A stretch of DNA of 64,000 bases, from IMG/VR virus record IMGVR_UViG_3300042975_000096, one strand, 5' to 3'. Positions 1 to 8,649 of the stretch are shown here, in pieces. The DNA is from a virus (lineage: Duplodnaviria; Caudoviricetes). The notes under the pieces are model-generated. The model searched no databases, was not told the origin of the DNA, and saw only the letters and a program-made list of their open reading frames with translations. Numbering within the stretch: position 1 is the first letter of the stretch; every line of letters starts with the position of its first letter. Both the position numbers and the translations under genes were made by a program.

Positions 1-645
1 ACCAACGACATCCAATGCCTTTCTAAGTCCTTTGCTTGCTTTATCAAGAGTTCCTTTATTAATTTCTTGCTGTGGTGATTCATCAAAATCTACAGGCTTG
101 CTTCCATCTTCACTCCACCACTGTTTCGAAACACGAGGCTTTTGAAACGTAGGCTCACCCTTTGCATATAAACCATCACCATCTATCAACATTGCACAAT
201 ACTGAATCTGATATGGCGTTACCTGCTTAGAAACCATAATGCCATTGCGTTCTTCAACAAAACGAGTGAAAAAGTTTTTATTTTCAGTTGTCGTTGTTCC
301 AAATCCATGGTCTACAATTTTGAATTTCTTATCACTACCAAAATTGGTTTTAGCATAAGCATCAAGCTTATCAAAAATAGCCTGTCTTGCATCGCTTACT
401 GTGTTCAATGCATCCAAAAAATCTCCTGAACTATCAATTCCCCATGCATCATTTTGAGAAGCCTTGTCACCATGAACAACAACCTGACAATTATCATCAC
501 CTTCAGGATTCAATTCAATACCAGCTTTATGTTCTAAACCCAATTTCTGAGCAAGCTCATAAGCTTCTTTTTCTGTCATTGTTTTTTCTCCACCATTAAG
601 TGCATCCGCAATGACTTTTTTCATTCTAGCCAAAATAACATTCAT
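1..645 (-). CDS. Hypothetical protein, runs off the window edge; N-terminus MNVILARMKKVIADAL resembles the KRLxA leader
   Basis: Hand translation from ATG at 645 is open to position 1; AAAGGA SD upstream; not in ORF track because no stop in window. Confidence 0.75.
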   Translation of the reverse strand, partial: MNVILARMKKVIADALNGGEKTMTEKEAYELAQKLGLEHKAGIELNPEGDDNCQVVVHGDKASQNDAWGIDSSGDFLDALNTVSDARQAIFDKLDAYAKTNFGSDKKFKIVDHGFGTTTTENKNFFTRFVEERNGIMVSKQVTPYQIQYCAMLIDGDGLYAKGEPTFQKPRVSKQWWSEDGSKPVDFDESPQQEINKGTLDKASKGLRKALDVVG

Positions 646-753
646 ATCTATCTATCATTCCTTTTCTTTAATTTTAATAATTTCTACAAACAAAATAAAC
701 ATACATACAAAAAAAATAATCCCAAATATAAATTTACTTAGGATTATTACAGT

Positions 754-1032
754 TTAATTCAATTTATCAATACCATTAATATAATTGATTTCATTATGCA
801 TTAACAAATTTAATTTATCATAATCATTGCAGATAATTATGATATGATTATCATTTTTGAAATACTTTTTTAGTTCTCTACATTGCCATTTTGTTTCATC
901 CAAAGAAAACGAAAAAGATAATTGTGGGGTGTTAACCCCACCGACAATCATATCAAACAAAAACATTGATAATGCATATGGCTCTTGCTTATCATTACAT
1001 TTATTTTTTCCAATGTTACATATATATACCAT
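754..1032 (-). CDS. Hypothetical protein
   Basis: 92 aa ORF abutting helicase stop, followed by a hairpin. Confidence 0.55.
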   Translation of the reverse strand: MVYICNIGKNKCNDKQEPYALSMFLFDMIVGGVNTPQLSFSFSLDETKWQCRELKKYFKNDNHIIIICNDYDKLNLLMHNEINYINGIDKLN

Positions 1033-2727
1033 TTATTTCAATCCTTTTTTGAATTTAGCCAAATTAAACTTACTAATATCAACTATTCTATTCAAAAATT
1101 GATTTGACAACCATTTTTTGTTATACTTTACGGATTTCATAAATGCATTATCTAAAATATACGTTACCGCCCAATCTTTATCATTTCTAGTGCTTCTGCC
1201 ACATTCCTGAACCAAATTACGCATCATTTTGCAAGTATACCAACTCTGATTGTTTTTCATTTTCCGTTTTACACGTTCATCTGCCATAGAAATATATGGC
1301 AATTTAACAATAATTTGAAAACGACTTAAATCATCATGCAAATCTACACCTGCCATTAATGACGGGGAAACTAAAACTGTTGGATTTGGAGAATTAGCAT
1401 GGAACTTCATTAACGATTCATTGGAAACTTCCATTTCTTTATATACCAATCTATCAGAATTAATACTTTCAACAATTTTCTCCATAATGCCATATGTTGA
1501 AGTATGAATAATACCCTTCTCATTTGGATGTAAAGCTAAAATTCTTTTAATTTCATCAATTACATATGGCATAGTACCATTAATGTTTTTATAACTCATT
1601 GAACCAATAGGGTCATATACAATTGGAGAATTATAAGACGGGAATGTGCTGTCTTTTGTAATGAAACACGTATTTTCAGGAGTCAATCCCATATCCTTAC
1701 AAAATCCAGGTTTGTCCAAAATTGTTGCAGACATAAACACAACCTGATTCATTGCGAATTTATCAATTAACTGGTGAAATAAATTCTCAACGCTAATTGG
1801 CTTTACTGATAACTTCCCATCTTTTGCTGAAATAATCCAATTTTCTTTTTCTGAAGAATTTAAAAAGTTATCTATTTTTTCGCTCAATATTGTTAATTCA
1901 TTAATGTGCTGAGACAATTTATTTACGTCAGTTTCTTCCAAATCACTAAGTTCTTCTGCCGTCAAGTTACTTCTGTCTCCATGTTTTATTGATGCAATTG
2001 TTTTTTGAAAGAATTCGATTTTATTCTTAATTATTGTGGCAATTAATTTTATCCAATCTTCATTTTCCTTTAGCCCATCAACACGTGGTTTTTTATTGTA
2101 TCTCAAATAAACATTGAAATCCAATCCCTTATTCAATTCATATCTTTTATCAAGATAATCTTTTGATAATGTAAAACCTGCACTATTAATCAATTGGTCT
2201 TCTAACATGTGGCATTCATCAACAACAATAACCCGTCTTTTAGGAAATGGTTTTGCTTTTACAGACAATGGTTTTGTAGCACGTAAGAAATATGAATATG
2301 AAGTAACATACATTTCTGCTTTTTCTGCACTTTTCTTTGCATTGACATATGGGCAGATACCCTGTTCAACGCAATCCATCCATATACTTCTTTCATATTT
2401 GCATTCACCATTAGAACAGCGCATACCCTCATCAACAGCACATTCATAATTTGCAGCGCCTTTAACGACCTTAACACTCATGTTATAAAAATCTTTTTCA
2501 TATTGGTCTTGCAGTTGTTTCGTGGCAGTTAGCAAATAGCTATTTCCTGCACGTTTAGAGATTGCTTTAGCGATGGCAGATTTACCTATGCCTGTGCCAG
2601 CTTCTATGACGATATAACGGTACTTTTTATCTGATGCATATATTTTATCCAACGACTTCAAAATGTCTGCCTGTGGCGCTCTCACGCTCTTATATGGGAA
2701 ATAGTTTTCAAATGTATTTTCGCTCAT
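1033..2727 (-). CDS. dinG: DinG/Rad3 (XPD)-family SF2 helicase
   Basis: Q motif RAPQ, Walker A EAGTGIGKS, Fe-S cysteines (C..C..C..CPY), DECH, SATI, QECGRSTR motif VI. Confidence 0.9.
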   Translation of the reverse strand: MSENTFENYFPYKSVRAPQADILKSLDKIYASDKKYRYIVIEAGTGIGKSAIAKAISKRAGNSYLLTATKQLQDQYEKDFYNMSVKVVKGAANYECAVDEGMRCSNGECKYERSIWMDCVEQGICPYVNAKKSAEKAEMYVTSYSYFLRATKPLSVKAKPFPKRRVIVVDECHMLEDQLINSAGFTLSKDYLDKRYELNKGLDFNVYLRYNKKPRVDGLKENEDWIKLIATIIKNKIEFFQKTIASIKHGDRSNLTAEELSDLEETDVNKLSQHINELTILSEKIDNFLNSSEKENWIISAKDGKLSVKPISVENLFHQLIDKFAMNQVVFMSATILDKPGFCKDMGLTPENTCFITKDSTFPSYNSPIVYDPIGSMSYKNINGTMPYVIDEIKRILALHPNEKGIIHTSTYGIMEKIVESINSDRLVYKEMEVSNESLMKFHANSPNPTVLVSPSLMAGVDLHDDLSRFQIIVKLPYISMADERVKRKMKNNQSWYTCKMMRNLVQECGRSTRNDKDWAVTYILDNAFMKSVKYNKKWLSNQFLNRIVDISKFNLAKFKKGLK

Positions 2728-2759
2728 AATTAAACCCCTTCTTCTTTTTTGTTAATCAT

Positions 2760-2788
2760 ATAATATCACATTTTATGTTGAATGTCAA
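2760..2788 (-). promoter_or_regulatory. Sigma70-type promoter for the helicase
   Basis: TTGACA-17nt-TATTAT with TG extension on minus strand. Confidence 0.65.
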
Positions 2789-2796
2789 TATAATTT

Positions 2797-2833
2797 AAAA
2801 AGTATGAGATTAAATAAATCTTAATCCCATACT
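2797..2833 (-). terminator. Intrinsic terminator after dUTPase
   Basis: AGTATGAGATTAA/TTAATCCCATACT inverted repeat with T-run on minus strand. Confidence 0.65.
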
Positions 2834-2838
2834 CAATA

Positions 2839-3627
2839 TCAATAACCATATTCTTGTCTCAAAATATTCTCAATATTTTTATGAATATATATATCTTTTA
2901 TTTCATTCACATTCATAGTTAAAATGCATAAATTAATAAATTCATGAAATACTTCTGCATAAGCAAGATATAATTTATCAAAATCAATAAAATCATTTGG
3001 TTTTTTCCAATGTTTCCATGATATTTGTTGTCTCACAGAAGCACACGCATCAGACAATCTACAACTCGCCTTCAGAATAGTAATGTCTTTATTAATGTCA
3101 TCCTTAGTATATAAATACTCATCAATTGACTCTTTTTGTCTATTATATGCAACATCAATCAAATCTTCTTTTTCATTTAATGAAACATTATATTTTTTAT
3201 CATAAGCAAATTGTATATCATGTGTGTTTGCGCCACCAACAATAAACAAATCTAACATAAAATGCAAAATATCGATTACTTCTTTTTTTAACTCAATATC
3301 AATTGAATTATTTTTATCATTTTTTGAATAAAGCACTAGATGTTCTCTAACTTCTCTTATTTCATCTTCAACACAAATAAGATATTTATCTACCCATTTA
3401 TCCACTTCTTCTTTTGTTGGGTTATCTACTTTCCTTATTCTGCTTGCAAAAGACCGTTGCATTTGCATTAACAACTCCCATGCAGTTAAAGATATATCAA
3501 AATTATTTTCTTTCAAAACCCGTTCAACAATTTTATCATTTTTTGCATCAACATATGCTTTATACTTTGCACAATCACAATGTAGGCTTTCGCATTGCAT
3601 TTCTAAATATGGACAATTATTATTCAA
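2839..3627 (-). CDS. All-alpha (dimeric) dUTPase/dCTPase, T4 gp56-like, internally duplicated
   Basis: EDEIREVRE, KKEVIDILHF, WKHWKK and C-terminal KNIENILRQEYGY motifs. Confidence 0.75.
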   Translation of the reverse strand: MNNNCPYLEMQCESLHCDCAKYKAYVDAKNDKIVERVLKENNFDISLTAWELLMQMQRSFASRIRKVDNPTKEEVDKWVDKYLICVEDEIREVREHLVLYSKNDKNNSIDIELKKEVIDILHFMLDLFIVGGANTHDIQFAYDKKYNVSLNEKEDLIDVAYNRQKESIDEYLYTKDDINKDITILKASCRLSDACASVRQQISWKHWKKPNDFIDFDKLYLAYAEVFHEFINLCILTMNVNEIKDIYIHKNIENILRQEYGY

Positions 3628-3662
3628 AAAATCACATCCAACACTCTTATTTTTGTATTATA

Positions 3663-4043
3663 TTATTTCTCAATATTATTATTTTGGCTTCTCATTGGAG
3701 CTTGTTGTCCCATACCATTAGATTGATTTAATCCAAATGCACTTTGAATAAACCCACCAACCTTACTTTTTCCAACAGAACCACCCATAACTGCTCCTGC
3801 AACATTAATTCCTGTTACGCAATATGCAAATGTTTCAATAATATCAGCCCATGTTTTACTAATATCTGTATTTGCAATATACATATATGCTCCGAACAAT
3901 AATGATGCAACTAAACAAATCATTAATAATGATACTCTAGTTTCGTCAACTGACATAACATTATGAAAAAAATTATGCGTTGGTTGTTGTTCTTGCTGTG
4001 TTGGCTCTACATTATTTTGATTTTCTTCCATTTTATCCTTCAC
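3663..4043 (-). CDS. Two-TM membrane protein (holin-like); true start probably 4031 (MEENQ)
   Basis: Two hydrophobic segments (VSLLMICLVASLLFGAYMYI; FAYCVTGINVAGAVMG), polar termini. Confidence 0.5.
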   Translation of the reverse strand: MKDKMEENQNNVEPTQQEQQPTHNFFHNVMSVDETRVSLLMICLVASLLFGAYMYIANTDISKTWADIIETFAYCVTGINVAGAVMGGSVGKSKVGGFIQSAFGLNQSNGMGQQAPMRSQNNNIEK

Positions 4044-4545
4044 CTGTTTCCTTTGTTGTTTGACACGTTATATTTTCGCAAGACATGTTTTGGCATGTTA
4101 ATTCTTGACAATATTTTGATTGACAAGAATATTGCTGACAAAACGTACTTTGACATTTTTGACATGATTCACAATAACATTCTGATTCACACGTTTCACA
4201 TACTTGACATGTTTGACATGTTTGACACGCTTCACAATGTTGACATGTTTGACATGGTATTTCTTGACATGTAACTAATTGGCACGTCATGACTTGACAC
4301 GTTGTTATCTGACATCCTTGACATCGTTGACAACTTTGACAAGCCTGACAAGATTCCACCTGACATTTTACACTCTGACAACAATTAGAAGGTGAACAAT
4401 TACAATTATTAACATTCCCCTTATATAAATCCAGTCTATCTAATGCCGTTTTTAGCTCTTGTAATTTGGTTTTATTTACAACGCTTCTTATTGGACTCCA
4501 ATCTGTTTTTTTTATTTTGTTATTCTTTGCCACAACCATCTTCAC
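4033..4545 (-). CDS. Cys/Gln-rich repeat protein, probable radical SAM substrate (RiPP-precursor-like)
   Basis: About 31 Cys, mostly as CQ/CE units with period 3 or 5, after a Cys-free ~47 aa leader; overlaps the rSAM gene. Confidence 0.75.
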   Translation of the reverse strand: MKMVVAKNNKIKKTDWSPIRSVVNKTKLQELKTALDRLDLYKGNVNNCNCSPSNCCQSVKCQVESCQACQSCQRCQGCQITTCQVMTCQLVTCQEIPCQTCQHCEACQTCQTCQVCETCESECYCESCQKCQSTFCQQYSCQSKYCQELTCQNMSCENITCQTTKETGEG

Positions 4546-5617
4546 TTCCCATATCCGTAATTAACTCTAATATTGGATAATTCATTACGTTAATCATTGT
4601 GCAATAAAATTCTTCTCTTGCCTTTGTTCCAACCAGAGGGCATCCATTCTTGCACAAAATTTGAACAGGACATTTATCGCAAATAGAAGAATTTTCTTTA
4701 ACTTTATCCATATCACAAACATTCTTCATCACATTAAATGAGCTATCCATAATAGTGCCAACCTTATCATCAGTATTATGGCACTTATACAAATTCCCTT
4801 GCAAATCTACATTAAGCACCTCATATCCATTTCCACATCTATCTCTTGTTGGTTTAATGTTATTTGTACGTAAAGCAAATCTAACTTGATTTATTTTTTG
4901 CTCTATATACGCCTTTTTAACTACTGATATTTCTGATTTTCCCTGAAAAAAGTTTAAATATTCATCACACAATTCATGTATCTGTGTATATACTTTATCA
5001 TAATCAAAAGATTTTAAATCAATATTTTCCAAATTAACATCTAATAAATCATCAACATTAAAACTAATTGTATGTCCATTGTAATTTTCAACATAATCTT
5101 TATTTAATTTTTCACAATCTTCCAAATAATCCTTAATATAATTATAAGAAGACATTACACCCGATACAGAAAACCAATTTAAAGAAAATATATTTTCTTT
5201 ATTATCTTCAAAAACATTATATCCTCTAGTTTTAATTGAGTTTCTTCCATCCCAACTAATACAAACGCCATTGAAATGCTCGTTAACAAACTTTACTTTT
5301 TCTTCATCAAATAATTTACCATTCGTAATCATTGTAAAATATAAGTTATCAGGTTTTCCCATTTCCTCTATTTTTAGCACAATTTCTTTTACTTTATCCC
5401 AAAACACTAATGGTTCTCCACCATAAAACTGTACATGTAACATTGAGTTTTGAGATTTTGCAGTTTCAATAATAAAATTATACAACATTGGATTTACTTG
5501 TCTTTCCATTGCAACATTTACCACATCATGTTGCAAACAATATTTACATTGCAAATTACATTCATGCCCTAACATGATAAATATTGTTGATATATTTCTA
5601 GATAAAAAATTGCTCAT
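4520..5617 (-). CDS. Radical SAM/SPASM domain peptide maturase
   Basis: CNLQCKYC, FYGGEPL, TNG, SWDG; SPASM RCGNG..GNLYKC..CDKC..CKNGCP..YC. Confidence 0.92.
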   Translation of the reverse strand: MSNFLSRNISTIFIMLGHECNLQCKYCLQHDVVNVAMERQVNPMLYNFIIETAKSQNSMLHVQFYGGEPLVFWDKVKEIVLKIEEMGKPDNLYFTMITNGKLFDEEKVKFVNEHFNGVCISWDGRNSIKTRGYNVFEDNKENIFSLNWFSVSGVMSSYNYIKDYLEDCEKLNKDYVENYNGHTISFNVDDLLDVNLENIDLKSFDYDKVYTQIHELCDEYLNFFQGKSEISVVKKAYIEQKINQVRFALRTNNIKPTRDRCGNGYEVLNVDLQGNLYKCHNTDDKVGTIMDSSFNVMKNVCDMDKVKENSSICDKCPVQILCKNGCPLVGTKAREEFYCTMINVMNYPILELITDMGSEDGCGKE

Positions 5618-6820
5618 TTATTTATTTCCTTTCAATACAGACATTATCATTCCAATATTTGTCCAATCCATGAATTTAATTGCTTCTTCTACAGTCATAA
5701 CATGCAAATGAATACGTTCAGTATCTTCAACTACTCCGTGTACTTCATTATCTTTTTTAACAGAATCAATTTCTTCTTGTGTTAATTCCACACTAAACAA
5801 TGCAATTCTGTGCGAACATAATGTAGCTGCTGATTGTTTTATTGTTTCATAATTGAATCTATCAGAATCCAATACTAATCCTGTTTCTTCCTCTAATTCT
5901 TTTGATGCTGTCTGTAATCTATCATCATCTTCATTAAGTGAAGAACCACCTGGTAATTCAAATACCATTTCGGCTTCATTAACCACAGGAGTTCTAAACT
6001 CTTCACATACAATTAACTCCGATTTCATAATGTCTTCTTCATTTTTGCTATATGCAAATATATAACTCATATCTGTTCTTGATATAACAAATTCATTATC
6101 TTTAACTCTATCTTCCTTAACCCCATCATATGACTCTTTTACATAAACATCTGGCTTATATACTGCCAAAAATAATTTTTTTGCTTTTGGCATATAAAAC
6201 TCATATAAAAACTCAAAATTTTCTAATTTGTTTCCAATTTCTTTTTGTGGTTGATACCAATTTTGAAATTGATTTGATTTAAAAATATGTTGTGGAACTA
6301 ACACTTCTGTGTTCTCTCTATAAATTCCATCGCCAATAAAATCCAATGCATCATTTAATAAAGCTTTTAAATTATTATGCCATTCATATTTTCCATCTGA
6401 AATCTTTTTTATATAATCATTCTTTACCGCACTATCTGGTCCACCAATAACCAACTTATCAGTATTAAAAAACAAACCAAATTCAATATTTGTTGTTAGA
6501 GCTAACATTTCATTATCAGGTCTAAATTCTCGTGGAATCCAAAATACGATTGCATCTGCCATTTTTAAACATTTGTGCTCCCACTCAATTTGTTCATCTT
6601 TATCATCAGGATTAAACGGTTCATCATCTCTATTTTCAGGTACAAATACAACACCATCGTAATCGAGTTCTCTTAATATTGTTAATGCTTCTTCACGCCA
6701 GCCTAACTCTTTTTTTTCGCGCGGTGTCGGACCAGCTAAAAAAATAGATTTTGTTAAAGATTGTGGTATATCTTCTCTTGAATGTATTTCAATCATATTA
6801 TTTTTTCCTAACCTTTTCAT
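5618..6820 (-). CDS. Nucleoside 2-deoxyribosyltransferase-like domain fused to NUDIX hydrolase
   Basis: IFLAGPTPR..WR..QIEWE..ADAIVFW..TTNIEFG (NDT-like); ELPGGS..TASKELEEETGL Nudix box; start set at MKRLGK (AAGGAGA SD). Confidence 0.8.
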   Translation of the reverse strand: MKRLGKNNMIEIHSREDIPQSLTKSIFLAGPTPREKKELGWREEALTILRELDYDGVVFVPENRDDEPFNPDDKDEQIEWEHKCLKMADAIVFWIPREFRPDNEMLALTTNIEFGLFFNTDKLVIGGPDSAVKNDYIKKISDGKYEWHNNLKALLNDALDFIGDGIYRENTEVLVPQHIFKSNQFQNWYQPQKEIGNKLENFEFLYEFYMPKAKKLFLAVYKPDVYVKESYDGVKEDRVKDNEFVISRTDMSYIFAYSKNEEDIMKSELIVCEEFRTPVVNEAEMVFELPGGSSLNEDDDRLQTASKELEEETGLVLDSDRFNYETIKQSAATLCSHRIALFSVELTQEEIDSVKKDNEVHGVVEDTERIHLHVMTVEEAIKFMDWTNIGMIMSVLKGNK

Positions 6821-6849
6821 ATTATTACATTCTCCTTTTTTCACATAAA

Positions 6850-6869
6850 TCTTTTCTATAAATAGAATA
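6850..6869 (-). promoter_or_regulatory. Conserved motif TATTCTAT-N3-TAGAAAAGA, candidate phage-specific promoter
   Basis: Near-identical copies at 6887-6906(+) and 62771-62790(-), each just upstream of an operon start. Confidence 0.5.
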
Positions 6870-6886
6870 ACGAATACAAGAATCTA

Positions 6887-6906
6887 TATTCTATCTTTAG
6901 AAAAGA
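6887..6906 (+). promoter_or_regulatory. Divergent copy of the same motif
   Basis: TATTCTATCTTTAGAAAAGA, 14 nt before ATG 6921. Confidence 0.5.
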
Positions 6907-6920
6907 AAGTTGGTGAAATA

Positions 6921-7376
6921 ATGATTGATTTAGTAAAATTAGCTGATAAAACAAATAGAGTAATGAATAATATTTTTCTAGAATCAGGAATAAATAACAT
7001 TTCATTATACGTATATAAACATCATGATTTTCCTTTTTTAAAAACAATATGTGACACATTTGAAGAATCTATGAATAAAAATCAAACAACAAAAAAAATC
7101 AAATCGTTGAACTATCTAAAAACATATGATAAAAAATCAACCCTCGTTGTTTTTTGTTTATTATTAAACAACAACAACATAAATGATATAAACTATCAAT
7201 TCAACGATTTGTCCAATTTAGTAAAAACAAATTACAAAGTCGATTGTTTACAAATTTTTATTAATTGCCAATTCAGTGAATATCATGAATATGTCAATGC
7301 AATAAATAATCAAATTAAATCATATATTACAAAAAAATATGAAAACAAAATAAACAATGAGGATGGATTACAGTGA
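6921..7376 (+). CDS. Hypothetical protein
   Basis: 151 aa ORF with GGTG SD; weak similarity to 8164..8634. Confidence 0.65.
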   Translation: MIDLVKLADKTNRVMNNIFLESGINNISLYVYKHHDFPFLKTICDTFEESMNKNQTTKKIKSLNYLKTYDKKSTLVVFCLLLNNNNINDINYQFNDLSNLVKTNYKVDCLQIFINCQFSEYHEYVNAINNQIKSYITKKYENKINNEDGLQ

Positions 7377-7594
7377 ATACATTAACTTTATTATTATTAG
7401 GCTTAGTGTTAATTTATGCAGTTGGAGAAATTGCAAAATTTTTATTTTATACACTTATTGTCCTGCTAGTTGCATATTGCATATTAGTATCATTTAATGG
7501 CAATATAACACTACATCAAATATTTACATACATAAAAGAACTTAATATTTATACCATAAAACAAAAAATCGTTAATTTTTTTAGAGGTGAATAA
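7373..7594 (+). CDS. Small membrane protein
   Basis: Hydrophobic N-terminal ~40 aa; GTGA overlap with upstream stop. Confidence 0.6.
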   Translation: MNTLTLLLLGLVLIYAVGEIAKFLFYTLIVLLVAYCILVSFNGNITLHQIFTYIKELNIYTIKQKIVNFFRGE

Positions 7595-7597
7595 TAT

Positions 7598-8092
7598 ATG
7601 CGTAAAAGATTAATTGCTCAAAGCCCACAATTAGGGAATCTAATTTCAAATGATTCTGAATTTTCTTCTATAGAAAGTGCAAACACGCATTTCAATAAAG
7701 ACAAATTATATAATGCTACAGGCAAACAAGGTACATATGGATGTATATCTTATCAAGATGTAAAATCACCAAAAGACCCAATTAAATTGTTTGTTACAGA
7801 GGTATATGTATCAATTGATGCAGGTAAAAACAACCAGGGTGAAGAAGTTAAAAGTATTATATCCATTACTAGACCATTCACTAAAGGCAATAATGTTGGT
7901 AATCCTATAGAAATAAAAGAAACGTTATCACCAAACATGTCTGAAGCATATAATATTGAAAAAGAAACAATTCTTCACGTCAATGGGTTATCATTAATCA
8001 AGCTTCCTGCTGGAACAAAAGACTATGAAGAAGCATTAAGTTTAGCCAAAGATTCTATAGAAAAACAATTTAAAGACGTTCAATATGCATAA
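7598..8092 (+). CDS. Hypothetical protein with MRKRLIA leader (putative internal head protein)
   Basis: GAGGTG SD; N-terminal KRLIA motif. Confidence 0.7.
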   Translation: MRKRLIAQSPQLGNLISNDSEFSSIESANTHFNKDKLYNATGKQGTYGCISYQDVKSPKDPIKLFVTEVYVSIDAGKNNQGEEVKSIISITRPFTKGNNVGNPIEIKETLSPNMSEAYNIEKETILHVNGLSLIKLPAGTKDYEEALSLAKDSIEKQFKDVQYA

Positions 8093-8104
8093 TTTAAAAA
8101 TGTA

Positions 8105-8133
8105 TTGACAAATATCCCTTTTTATGATATAAT
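8105..8133 (+). promoter_or_regulatory. Consensus sigma70 promoter
   Basis: TTGACA-17nt-TATAAT with TG extension. Confidence 0.8.
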
Positions 8134-8163
8134 TCACTTATATATTAGAAAGGGTGTTTTTTT

Positions 8164-8634
8164 ATGAATGTTATTTTAGAAAAAAAAATAAACCTACAGA
8201 TTTCAAATACTATTGATATGCTATTACTAAATGCAAGCAATGATTTATATTTTATTCCATTTAATCCCGAAGCAACCATTATCACTTCAATATTTGATAT
8301 AATTGATTCATCTAATCTCGTTGATATGGTTGGGTTAGATAAAAACATAAAAATGAAATCATTTACAGATTTTTATGATATGGAAAGAAATATTGATTTC
8401 GATAAAATTGATGCCAATGCAAAATTTGTTACCGTTGTTATATCTCCGCACTATAAAAAGAATACAAATATATCCTATACACTTCATACACTAAATGAAT
8501 TTCTTCCATCTTTGCCATCAATGGATTGTATAACTATATTCGTAGAAGGTAACTTCTTACAAATTCATGAGGTGGAATGCTTTATTCGTAGTAAAATAAT
8601 ATCTAAATTTGAAAAATTAAAAAAGGGCAATTAA
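8164..8634 (+). CDS. Hypothetical protein
   Basis: 156 aa ORF downstream of perfect promoter. Confidence 0.7.
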   Translation: MNVILEKKINLQISNTIDMLLLNASNDLYFIPFNPEATIITSIFDIIDSSNLVDMVGLDKNIKMKSFTDFYDMERNIDFDKIDANAKFVTVVISPHYKKNTNISYTLHTLNEFLPSLPSMDCITIFVEGNFLQIHEVECFIRSKIISKFEKLKKGN

Positions 8635-8649
8635 TTGCCCTTTTTTAAT
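8616..8649. terminator. Bidirectional terminator; perfect 34-bp palindrome containing both convergent stop codons
   Basis: ATTAAAAAAGGGCAATTAATTGCCCTTTTTTAAT. Confidence 0.75.

Noticed and set aside
4190-4270. TTGACA-rich DNA tandem repeats as promoter array
   Set aside because: They are the reverse complement of TGT-CAA (Cys-Gln) codons in the Cys-rich gene
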